From assembly GCF_009914755.1 (NCBI RefSeq), contig NC_060947.1: DNA of 64,000 nt; one strand, given 5' to 3'. The translations under genes were made by a program, and so were the position numbers. Origin of the DNA: the human T2T-CHM13v2.0 reference genome, Homo sapiens. This document shows positions 42,495 through 53,960 of the stretch, in pieces; the stretch's first letter is position 1; every line of letters starts with the position of its first letter. The notes below the pieces were generated by a model. The model saw only the letters and a list, made by a program, of their open reading frames with translations, searched no databases and had not been told where the DNA came from.

Positions 42495-43383
42495 TATTTA
42501 ATATTTCTCAAAACCAGGAGAATTAGTGTGGGTTGTTTGTTCTTCCATGTGTCTCAGCATAGTGCTGTGCCTGTGTGTGTCTGTGTGTGTGCATGTATGT
42601 TTGTAGTCTTTGGGTGATGTTGTTTATCTCTGTTAGATTTGCCCTCATTTTGTGTTGACCAAGTGGTCAAATCTCAGACCTCTCAACAGAGGCAGTGTGG
42701 GGAAAGCAAATGGGCTTGGGAGTCAGCACAGGGGTCAATCCTGGAGCTGCCATTCCCTAGCTGCCCCATGATCTTGGGCAAAGTGCTTTGATAATAATGC
42801 CTTCCGTATAGAGCTGTGGCCATGATCGCTGAGATAACACCTTTTAAGTGTCTAGTGCAGAGCAGTGCTGGGCACATTTAGGGGCTCAACAAAGGGCAAC
42901 TATTACTGATATACTGCCAGTATGATTTATAAGCCCCTGACTCCCAGGCACTTCATACATATAAATGAGTAGTATGTAATCGTGAATGGGCAGCTGACAT
43001 TCCCCAAAATGGCAGCTGTTTTGTGTTTGCTGATCCAGAATGCCTGAAAAGTGATTTACCTAACGACAATGCAATTTTTGGAAAAATGTGGAGAATTAAC
43101 AAATCCAGATATCTGAGATTCTCTGCCACCACTCAGTCCCTTCTAGCTCCTACTGTTGCAGACAGTAAAAATGATACTAATGATGACCTGTGCAGCAGCA
43201 GCTGTGGAGATGACATTTCTGGAGCTCTTACCACATGTCAGGTACTGCTCAAAGCTTTCCATGCATTGGCTCTTTAATATGAAGTAACTATTGTTGACTC
43301 CGTTTTACAGATGAAGAAAATGAGGCTCAATGAGATTGGGAAGTTGCCCGGGACTACACAACTGATACGTACATGAAAGTATG

Positions 43384-43716
43384 GGTTCACAATCCCTTGT
43401 CTGCAATTCTGAAATCCAATATGGATTAGAAACTGAATTTCTTTTTGCAAGTTTCCAGCAAACTTCTTTGATGTCCTAACTCCTTCTGAACAGACTGTAT
43501 AGCTATTTGCAGCCTATTTATTCTACTTAATCTGACCATTCATCTGCTTCAAGTCAGAAAAATTACTGTCTTGATTCCAGGGTGCTACTCCTGACTCCAC
43601 TAGTGGTGTTACATCACATACAGTTACATACATTGGATTGCATTTGTAAGACCTAAACAATTCTGATTTTTGAAACATTAGGCACCAAGTGTTTTGGGTG
43701 AGGAATCACAACCCTG
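43384..43716. mobile_element. MER46C-like Tigger element
   Basis: gggttcacaatcccttgtctg ... ttttgggtgaggaatcacaaccctg inverted termini. Confidence 0.6.
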
Positions 43717-44091
43717 CTGTTGAAAATATCCATATTTAAGTCACATGTGCATTGATTAACCATTTGTGAGTTTGACTGGGAGGCTCACCACGGAAGGGAT
43801 TGACTTACTAATGGACTTCTGCAACACAGCCCTTCTCTAAGCTTCTGCCTATAAAACCCAAGGAAGAGAAATTGTCAAAGCCCTGCCCTCTGTGATATGC
43901 TGGTGCTATTTGGGGGAAGTGCCTAGAAGGATACAAGGCTAAGGACAAGGAAACCTAACTTGAGAACAGCTGCAAACAACACAATCTAATTTCCATAATT
44001 AACGTTAAATGAGACATTTGGGAAAGGTGAGAAGCATAGTTCATTCCCCAGCTCCTTGAAGTACTTTTACATTTCTCTTTCTCTTTTGCAG

Positions 44092-44315
44092 CCATGGTTG
44101 GTGGAGAAGCTCAGTGGTGTGTGGAAAAAGGAGGCCCCAGAGCTGTCTTTCTTTATCCCAGGGCCGCAGCAGTTCCTCAGCTCATAAACAGCTGAGTCTT
44201 GGGGATTCTTCAATGCCTCTGCTTGGACTAGGCACTAGGAAAATTTGCTGCTGTAAGTTGTCACAACCTGACCACAGCTATCCTATATTTATCCTTCTGT
44301 TGCACAACTTCAAAG
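44092..44315 (+). other. Candidate spliced exon (224 nt, probably non-coding or UTR)
   Basis: Acceptor tttacatttctctttctcttttgcag| and donor caaag|gtaagt in apparently unique sequence; no transcript evidence. Confidence 0.4.
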
Positions 44316-44800
44316 GTAAGTGTTTGTTTGAAATAGACTTTTTAAGGGAAAGGGAAGGCAGGACATAGAAGAGGGGCAGCACAGAAAAGACATGAGCAGA
44401 AATATCTTCCTGATGATTGATCAATCCCCCAAACGCAGACGGAATTCTGTATTTTCCCACCACAGGTGGTATTGCCCACCAAAATATTGGTTTTATTTTG
44501 GTTTTTCCTCTTATTTTCTGATGCAATTTGGCATGACTCACTTTGTGTTTCAGATGACAGGATGCAGAGAACTTAACAACTTTTGGGAAAATACAATAAA
44601 ATCAGAATGAAAATTGAATATGATTTCTTGTGGTGCTCAACCAAGAACCAATATCCTTAGTCCATTCTGGTACATTTTTTTTCTAACTGTTTAAAACATA
44701 AAAATAACTAACTTGTATTTGTGCTGACCATGTGCCAGGCACAGTACTTGGCATTTTATTAATTTATGCCACACAACCACCTCATGTGGTGAGGCAGTAA

Positions 44801-45150
44801 TTTTTTATTTTTTAAAAACTTTTAGGTTGGGGAGTACATGTGAAGGTTTGTTACATAGGTAAATTCATGTCATGGGGGTTTGTTGTACATATTATTTCAT
44901 CACCCAGGTATTAAGACCAGTACTCAATAGTTTTCCACTCCTCTCCCTCCTCCCACCCTTCACCTCAAGTAGACCCCGGTGTGTTTCGTTCCACTCTTTG
45001 TGTCCCTGAGTTCTCATCATTTAGTTCCCACATATAAGTGAGAACATGTGGTGTTTGGTTTTCTGTTCCTGCGTTAGTTTCCTAAGGGTAATAGCCTCCA
45101 GATCCAGCCATGTTCTTGCAAAAGACATGATCTAGGTCTTTTTTATGGCC
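44801..45150 (-). mobile_element. Old L1PA (L1PA13-16-like) 3' end
   Basis: gtacatgtgaaggtttgttacataggtaaa...tttcatcacccaggtattaag...cccacatataagtgagaacatg. Confidence 0.85.
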
Positions 45151-45160
45151 TGAGACAGTA

Positions 45161-45708
45161 TTTTAAAAAACAGATGTATTGAGGCATAATTCACTTACCA
45201 TAAGATCCACCCATTTAAAGTCTACAATTCAATGGTTTTTATTGTATTTACAGATATGTGCAATGCTCACTGCAATGAATTTTAAAGTAATCCATCACTC
45301 CAAAAAGAAACCCCATACCCATTAGCAGTCATTCCCTATTCCTTCTCCCCTCCGCCCCTGGAAACCTCTGGTCTATTTTCTGTATTTATGGATTTGCCTT
45401 TTCTGGGCATTTCATATAAATGGAATCATACAATATATGGCTATTTCTGAGTGGCTTCTTTTACTTAGCATCATGTTTTGGAGGTTTTCCATATTGTTGC
45501 ATGGATCAGTACTTCATTGTTTTTAAGACTCAATAATATTCCATTGTGTTGGTAGATTTCATATTGTTTATCTACCCATCCATTGAAGGACATTTGGATT
45601 CTTTCCAGTTTGGAGCTATTATCAATAATACTGCCATAAACATTCGTATACAAGTTTTTGTGTAAACATATGTCTTCATTTCTTTTTGGTATAGACCTAG
45701 GAGTGGAA
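45161..45708 (-). mobile_element. L1MB-type 3' end
   Basis: attgaggcataattcacttaccataagatccacccatttaaagt; ORF 45471..45653 resembles the ORF2p C-terminal region. Confidence 0.85.
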
Positions 45709-45814
45709 GAGACAGTATATTTATTGTCTTCATTTTACAGGAGAAGGAACATAACCACTGAGATCATATGTCTCTATTTCATCAGAAAGTCAAGGCATTC
45801 AGTCAGCTGATCTA

Positions 45815-46075
45815 GTTGAGCATAGTGGCTTTAAAGTCACACTGATGTGGGTTCAAATTCTGGCTTTGCCACTTAATCACTGTGTGACCTTTGGTAAGTC
45901 AGTTAATCTCCATGAAGCTTGGTTTTCTTTTCTGTGGAATGGCAGTGAAAACAATAGTAGCTATATCATGAGTCACTGTTGTTGTGAAGATTAAAGGAAA
46001 TATTACATGTGATGTGCTGAGCATAAGACTTGCGTAGCACATAGTGTTGAGAAGGTTTTAGCTGCTATTATTATT
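45815..46075 (+). mobile_element. MIR
   Basis: gggttcaaattctggctttgccacttaatcactgtgtgacctttggtaagtc. Confidence 0.8.
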
Positions 46076-46464
46076 AGCCTCTCCTGAGGCACCTAGAACA
46101 TTACTGATAAAGCCTAGTTCAAAGTGATATTAACGATGAGCTCTGTGGTGTATGAATTGTCATTGAGTCCAGAAAAGGGTGAGAGTCTTCAGAAATAATT
46201 GCAGAAACTAAAGTAAGCATCTTCTAAGCTTAGAGACTGACATTTGGAAAGACATGCATGACTCAGAGTCAGGTTGACCCGGGGCAGAACAGCCCACGAC
46301 TAAACTATCTGGAAGCACCACTCCAGATGGATTTTGTGGGCATGAACAGGGCCAGGAAGCCAACTCTATAGCCATCATAAAGGCTTCCTCCCAGCAAACC
46401 AGTGTTTCAGGAGGTCCAGACACATTGGTGAGGTTTCTCTTACATATTTGATAGGAGTGAAGTT

Positions 46465-46725
46465 GTGTAGTGCAGTGACTAATGGTAGGAACCCTCACAC
46501 AAGACCACCTGCATTTAACCCTGCTTTACCACTTACTTGCTGTGGGAGGTTGGGCTAGTGACTTTATCTGTGCCTCAATTTCCTCATCTGTGAAGTAACT
46601 AATAACAGCCCCTACCTCACAGGGCTGTTATGAGAATTAAATGAGTCCATATACGTAAGATAGTAGGAACAGTACCTGGCACAGTGTAAGTCCTATACAG
46701 GTTCAATGTTGCTGGTATTACTATT
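46465..46725 (+). mobile_element. MIR
   Basis: tgtgcctcaatttcctcatctgtgaag...ctacctcacagggctgttatgagaattaaatgag. Confidence 0.8.
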
Positions 46726-46799
46726 GTTCTCTTGTCTTATAGCTGAGGGTCTTTCCAAGGTCCTATTGGCCCAGAGAAATGATGCTTATGTGGGTTGCT

Positions 46800-47210
46800 T
46801 CTTATTTCTATTACTGTTGCATAACAAGTGATGCCAAAACACAGTGACTTAAAATAACAACCATTTCATTAGACTCATTTGCTCCCTGTGGCATCAATTA
46901 ATGTCATTCAGTAATATTCAACTTGTATATGGGCTAGTATGAAGAGTTCAAGATACCTTTACTCCCATATCTGGTGGCTCCTGGGGATGACTCAAAGATC
47001 AGGACTACCAGCAGAGGACTTTCACCTGGCCTGTCCTTGTGGCTTGGGCTTCCTTACCCCATGGCAGACTCAGGGTAGTCAGCCAGCCTCCTTCCATGGA
47101 AATTCAGGGCTCCTAATGCAAATGCCCCAGTGGATGGGCAGAAGCTGCATGGCATTCAATGACTTAGTATTGGAAGTCTTGCAGTGTCACTTCTGCCACA
47201 GAGCTTGTAA
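46800..47210 (-). mobile_element. Old MLT1 (J/K-like) LTR
   Basis: ctgttgcataacaag..ccaaaacacagtgacttaaaataacaacc; ggaagtcttgcagtgtcacttctgccac. Confidence 0.6.
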
Positions 47211-49004
47211 GTAATTAAGCCAGGATTTGAACCTAGGTCTGTTTGTCAGCAGAGTTTGTATTTGGAATGAGTCTTTCTCCTTACTCTAGGGAAAAATGGG
47301 ATGTGTAGAAAGATGTCTCATTGGTATGGTACAAAGCTAACTGCATATGGCAATTTTCACTGAAATTATTCATTTTGTTTCCTCCCATGGTCACTTTATT
47401 ACAAATAAATACAGCTGATGTCTCCACAGCATGTGATATGATTCTGGTAGAAGGGAAAGGAAATAAAAGAAATTCCTTTTTCTCAAAGACAATCAGGTTT
47501 ATTCTTACTCCCAGAGAACTCATAGTTTTCACTTAACTCAAAAAGAAAAAAAGGAAAAGTACTAACCAAGAGCCAACTTGAGGAAGCAGCAGTTGGGAGC
47601 CATGAAGACATTTCTCTGAATTACCAAGTGTTGTGTGTAGGGGGAAAATGGATTTATTGAAATGCAAAAATATACAGTACACGTTATGCTGAAAATTGCC
47701 TATGTTGTAATTTAAATTTAAGGATGCTATAAAAAAATCAAATGTGGAGTAGGCCCACTTTCTCTATATTCAGATTGAGTCTGCCCTTATTACAATAATT
47801 ACAGTACTGTGCAATCATTATTTAAAGGGATCAATGATTTTAATGTGACTGATGTCATATGTAGCACAGTCATTGGAAAATATTATGCTTGTGAATGAAA
47901 CAAGGCCAAGAACTATTGAAATTCAGATATAGGCAGCTTTCTTTGTTTCATTAAGATGGCCTTGTCGGATAACACGGAAAAATGACAATTCATATCATCT
48001 GTTCCACTCTCTTAGTGCTTTCAGTTATGAATGTGAGCTTTACCAAGCCCTCAAGAAGAAGAGAGCTGAGAGTTTAAGGTTATTGTATTTTCTTAGGTTG
48101 TGGTTCAAGAGAAATTCTCAGTAGATTCAGAATCAGGTTATATTTATTTAGTACCTTTCCTGTCCCCGGCACCATGCTAGGCATTTTTACCTCACGTTTG
48201 CTTAATTAATCTTCCTAACAAACTGTTGGTGATCAGTATCCTTAGCTCTGGTTTTATAGTTGAGGCAACTGAGACTCAGAGCACCTTTTGGAGGGTGGGA
48301 TACTGTGGCTTGTGCCCTGACCAAATTTATCTCTATCACTCTCATTCTACCCTTTCCCCATTTTCAACTGCTTCAGAATTCTCAGTTCTTCAGTGCACTC
48401 TGTTTATTTTCAGTTCTCAGCTTTAGATCTGTGGTTTCCCCTGCCTGGAAGGCTGTTCCCATCTTGCGGAGATCCTTTAAGTTTCCATTCAAAATGACTG
48501 TTGTCAAAGCCCTTCTCTGGTTCCTCAGATGGAGTTAGGCCTATCCTCTACCTGCTTCCAGAAAGCTCATGCTCCATATTCATTCCCAGTCCTTTGCAGA
48601 CATGTAAGTATTAAAGTATCTGAGTGACTCTTCAGATGTTAGTTTGTTTCCCGCATTAGCATTATTACTGTAATAAGGCAGGGGTTTTTGTTTACCTTGT
48701 GCTTCACCACACCCTTGTACCTAGTCCATTTCCTGGCACACAGTAAGTTCTCAATAAACATAAATTGACAGGCTGATCCAGAGAAACTATTGACTTGCCC
48801 ATAATCACACAACTGGTTTCTGCAACAGGGAAGAGCAATGAGCAAATTCATGATTCATCCTCCCATTTATACTCTAGCAAACAAGCTGATAGTTTTAGGA
48901 TTAGGTTCTGCCTGGTTAGAAGTATGAATGTAAATAGCATTGGCTGAGTTAAATTTTCTGCATGAGAAATTGAAATAAAGTTTACCTTTTAAAGTTATTC
49001 ATAG

Positions 49005-49245
49005 TAGATTAGTACAGTGGTCTGGAGCACAGTTTTTGGAGCCAAGCTGTCTTGGTTTGAACCAAGCGATATGTGACCTCAGACAAGTTACTTAAACCTC
49101 ACTGTACCTTACTTTCCTCATCTGTAAACTGGGTACAATAATAATAATATCTGTCTCATAGAAAAGTTGTAAGGATGAAGTGATTTAATACAAGTAAAAT
49201 GCTTAGAAACATGCCTGGCACATGGTAAGTGCTATGTAACTTCTG
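49005..49245 (+). mobile_element. MIR
   Basis: tgtgacctcagacaagttacttaaacctc...tttcctcatctgtaaa...tgcctggcacatggtaagtgct. Confidence 0.8.
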
Positions 49246-49254
49246 TTTGTAATG

Positions 49255-49560
49255 CATAGTATCCACCAGAAAAATCAAGTCCACCTAGAACCTCAGAATG
49301 TGATCTTATTTGGAAATAGGGTTTTTTGCTGATGTAGTTAGTTAAGAACCTCGAGATGAAATCATCCTGGATTTAGGATAAGCCTTGCATTCAATGGTTG
49401 GTGTTCTTATAAGAAGAGGAGAAGACACAGGCACACGGAGATGAAGGCCATGTGAAGACAGCGTCAGAGATTCGAGTAATACATCTATAAACCAAGGAAT
49501 TCCAAGGATTGCCAGCAACTGTCAGATGCTACAAGAGAGGCCTGTAACATATTCATCCCA
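49255..49560 (+). mobile_element. MLT1B/C LTR, partial
   Basis: gaacctcagaatgtgatcttatttggaaataggg...cttataagaagaggag...ggccatgtgaagac...ccaaggattgccagcaac. Confidence 0.8.
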
Positions 49561-49934
49561 GTGAGGGTGAGAGAGGCCAGAGTGCCATGTGGTGACCTGA
49601 GGCCAGGTGCTTCCCCTGTTACCTCACTATCCCTGCCAGGGCCCAACTTGCAGGCCTCTCTGGCCAGAGGTTGTCTGCCCTCTTTTCTCAGCAATCCTGC
49701 TCTGTGTTCCCTTCTCTGCTTATCCTTCCATGGTAACTTTCCTTCCAGTGTTTCTTCCTTAGGACCTTGAGAAGCCTGGTCCTGAGCTTAACTATTTTCC
49801 TTACCTAACATCCTTAACTAACATCTTTCACAGAATGTCTGCCCAACTCCTGCCTTGCTTCAAATCTGTTTCCAGTGCAGGCTGCTGGTTTTCCATGAGG
49901 ATGGGAGCTCTTTCCTCAGACCTCCATTGACACT

Positions 49935-50403
49935 TGTTTCCTATGGCAACTGTAACAAAGTTGTACAAATTACGGGCTTAAAACAAAAGAAATTTACTTT
50001 TCCACAGTTCTGGAAGTGAGAAGTTTGAAATAGGTTTTACTGGGCCAAAATCAAGGTGTCAGCTGGGCTGGACTCCCTCTGGAGGCATTCAGGGAGAATC
50101 CTTCCTTGCCCCTTCCAGCTTCTGGTGGCTGCTGGCATTCCTTGGTTTGTGGCCACATCATCCCAACCTCTGCCTGTTGGGCGCATTGCCTGCTCATCTT
50201 CTGTGTCTCTCCCTCTGCCTCTCTTATAAAGACATTTGCAGTGACATTTGGGGCCCATCTGGATAATCCAGGATCATCCCCTCATCTCAAAATCCTTAAT
50301 TGAATTACATCTGCAAAATCCCTTTTGCCAAATAAAGTCACAATCACAAATTCTGTGGATTCAGATGTGGGCATGTCTTTGGGTTCCATTCTCAGCTTCC
50401 TAC
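49935..50403 (-). mobile_element. MLT1B/C LTR
   Basis: cacagttctggaagtgagaagtttgaaat...ccttccagcttctggtggctgctggcattccttgg...ggataatccaggat...acatctgcaaaatccc. Confidence 0.8.
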
Positions 50404-51889
50404 AATCCTTTCGACCCTCCTCTCCTCCTTTGTGGAAGATGTCCTCACCTTAGTACTGGACCACCTGCTGGCTGCAGTCATCTGTGTTGCCCTGCTCATG
50501 CCCTCACAGCTCATCGTTTGGGGTCTTCCTCTCCATTATAAGGTCTGCCAGCATCCTTCCTGGGTGGCTTCAGTGTTCTTGCAGAAAGCCTACCCATTAC
50601 CCTGGTCTCACAGCTCTCAGACCCCTTTTGTTCTCATGGCCTCTGTACTCCAGAGGCTTCCATCTTCATAGTTAATTTCTCCTTTGAAATTTGAAACTTC
50701 AATATCTCATTCTCTTGCTACAACTACCAAACTATTCTGGTTTCTCATGTCCTTACTTCCCTCTTCCTGCTTTTATGATCTCAATTTGATCTCTGGTCCA
50801 GTTAGCCCTCTCTGACTTCACTGTCTTCCCTGTTCAGAAGTGGCCTAACACTCCAATAATCCATTTACCTGTTGCCAACTATGTATTGCATTTTTTATTT
50901 TGTGATACAGAACTCCAACTCTGGGAATCTGAACTATCTGGAGGTTTCATACATCAGAAACCTTGACCCCACCCATATCTTAGCCTACACTGTCTCTAGG
51001 CTTCAGATATTCTTAGTAGTTTTAATCTTTCCTAATGTACTTTTTATAAGGAGTATTTACATTTTTATAAGGAGCATTTACATTCCCATTATCCTATAGA
51101 GGAAAGTAGCAAGCTTGTCCTATTAAAATACAAAACAATGAAGCTGAACTGTGTGATATTTGAATACCAGCAGAACTTGGGTAAGGATTCAAATACTTTG
51201 AATCTAAATGGGCTGCTTAGTCTGTCCTTTTTATGAGAGGAGAAAAATAAACATGGTTAGAAAATGGCAGTTCTGTTTGAAAATAACTTTAACTCCATCA
51301 GTAGGTTTTTCCAGGTTGTGTTTGAAAAACTTCCAAAGAAAGATAGTTTCTTCATTTTGCAACCTCATTATACTGATGGAAAGAGGAATGGGAATGTTGG
51401 AGTCCAAACAGTTTTCAATGCCATGTGAGCAATGAAGGGCCACAATGCCATCCTCTGTCCCTTTGTCCCACCTTTACTACTGTAAATGGCATTTTGAAAC
51501 AGCCCATGGCATTTTCATTGTATAATCTTGCCTCATCCCTTGCTATCCCCATTCCTTGACTCACACATGGGGACATTCCAGCAAATAGGACAAAATTAAC
51601 CCAAAGAATCCCTGAGGCAGTAACATCAGACATCTGAGACCAACTTGGAAGGTTGTTCCCCTGGCATTTAATTCACCCTCCCCCTTCCATTCATCCTGCC
51701 AAGAACAGGACTTCAGCATTCTGGGGCTTCATGGAAGCTCCTTTTAGAGCTTCACTCCAGGATATGGATTTAAGTGTCTGTGTTGAGGTTAGGATTTACC
51801 TTGTGCAAAGTCCTGAGCTGGGTGCACAGAGATAATCAAGGACACAGAATCCTTCAGGGAGTTTACATAGTGATGTGGAGAGTGGAGAC

Positions 51890-52298
51890 AGTAGCATGCT
51901 GGAACTGCCTTAAAGAGATTACAAGAGCTAATCATTACATTTTTAAGAATTCTGAGAGCTGTTTGTTAAATGCAATCACTATTAAAAATTCAATCATATA
52001 AACATATAATGAAATGCATTTTATTAAAAACAAAGTAAATTCATTACTTTCTAATTATTTTATGATATTATTTGTGCAGTTGGGATTATTTACATCTATT
52101 GGTGTAGTGGAAACAGTATATAGTCATTAACTACTGTGCAATCCTCACAACCCTACATTCAGTGACATCATATTGGTAGCTTGAAATTGACCATGGAGTC
52201 ATGGTAGGAGTATTTACACCATTGAAATCAGCAAACGCTATAAATCAGGACTTCTTTCCAGAAAGTCAGTTATTCAACATTTACAGTGTCACCCCTGG
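51890..52298 (+). mobile_element. MER63B-like hAT-Blackjack element within an L2
   Basis: attaaaaattcaatcatataaac...ttcagtgacatcatattggtagcttgaaattgaccatgg...ggagtatttacacc...aaacgctataaatcagg. Confidence 0.7.
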
Positions 52299-53271
52299 TT
52301 GGGCAGGGAGGGAATGCCTTAGTAATGACTGAGTGCAATAATAGAAGCTCAAGCAAATTCTCTGTTTGTGTTGGGAAAATGCTTCAAAATGGTGATGATA
52401 TTTGAGAAAGACCTTGAAGGATGAATCACATTTTATCTGGCAGAGATTGATAGGTATGGTATCCTTGAAACATAGAATAATGAGCAAGGTCATGGCAGGG
52501 ATAAAGCATTGGACATACTTGAGCAATAGCCAGGAATGTATCTGGCTGACATACATGGCCTATGTAAGGCAGTAGGAAAATGAGGATAAAAAAGCCAGTC
52601 AAAGACTAAATGTAGAGGGTTTAAAAGCTACAGTTAGGAGCTTGAATAAAATTCAGAGGAAAATAGGGGGACAGGGGAGATTTTAGAGTGGAAGCAAAGC
52701 ATCTTGAGAGCTGTGTTTTGGAATATTACTATACCAGGAGCATGCAATAGGGCCAGAAGCAGGAGGCTGATTAGGAAGTCACTCCCTCTGTACTGTGGAG
52801 CTAACAAGGACCTAAAGTGGGATTCTGACTCAGGAAGGAGAAAGGAGGCTTCTGATGCAAGAGACATTTTGAATGTGTGTTTCACAAATCTTGGCTAAAG
52901 TGTTGTTTCTATCTTTGAATGTTGCCAACGCTAGCTTTTGTATAAGTTTCTACTGTTATCTGAGTGGACTCTTAGCCATGTGATAAAAAATATATAGGTA
53001 GATATAAAATTCATGCTTTTAATGGCAACAATTGACAAGTGTTTCACTAGTTATTTTCTGATTCAACTTCCCTAAGGATGTGCCTAATATCTTCAATGTG
53101 CATTCAAGAGGATAAATAACAATATTTTAAATGTTTCATATGGTTAATCTAATTATAGGAGCCAATAGCCAACGTAGAAGTGTAGTAGGCAGCTTCTATG
53201 GCAATGGTTTCATAGCTTGACCTCTAGAAAATTAGTATAGAAAAAGATTAAACTGAGGCCAGGAAAAAAAA

Positions 53272-53530
53272 TCTCTCTCTCTCTCCCTCTCTCCCTCCCC
53301 CCTCCCCCTCCCCCTCCCTCTCTCCACCTCTCTCCCTCCCTCTCCTTCTCCCCTCTCTCCCTTCCTCTCCCTCTTCCCTCTCTCTTCTTCTCTCTCTCTC
53401 CCCCTCTCTTCCTCTCTCTCTCTCCCTCTCCCCCCCTCTCTCCCTCTCTCCCTCTCCCTCTTCCCTCTCTCTTCCCCTCTCTCTCTCCTCCTCTCCCCAC
53501 TCCCCTTCTCTCTCCCTCACTCCTTATCTC
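53272..53530. repeat. CT-rich polypyrimidine low-complexity tract (about 260 bp)
   Basis: Almost exclusively C/T on the + strand. Confidence 0.95.
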
Positions 53531-53681
53531 CAAAAATTAAATAAATATTTTTTTCATTAGCAATACTCATGAAATTTTGCTGTGGAGACATGGAATTCCA
53601 TGAGAGAAGTTTGGTTTCCTCACCATAGTCTGAGAGGGAGACCTGCATCCAGTATGAAATACTTCAATCTAGGAAGGATCA

Positions 53682-53960
53682 TTTAGAGACAGGGTCTCTT
53701 TCTCTCTCACCCAGGCTGGAGTGCAGTGACACCATCATAGCTGTCAGCCTCAAACTCCTGGGCTAAAGCAACCCTCCCACCTCAGCCTCGCGAGTAGCGA
53801 GGACTACAGGCATGCCACTACAACCAGGTAATTTTTTAATTTTTCATAGAGATGAGGTTTTACTATTTTGCCCAGGCTAGTCTCGAACTCCTGGCCTGAA
53901 GCAATCCTCCTGCCTTGGCCTCCCAAAGCACTGGGATCATAGGTGTAAGCCACACCCAGT
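53682..53960 (-). mobile_element. AluJ lacking most of its A-tail
   Basis: gagacagggtctc...cacccaggctggagtgcagtg..atcatagct..cagcctcaaactcctgggctaaagcaaccctccc. Confidence 0.88.

Noticed and set aside
43850-43856. TATAAAA upstream of the exon candidate
   Set aside because: Common by chance in AT-rich DNA, no CpG island or initiator support, and the exon candidate has an acceptor.
53210-53533. Glu/Arg/Gly-rich ORFs
   Set aside because: Translation of the GA-rich strand of the low-complexity tract.
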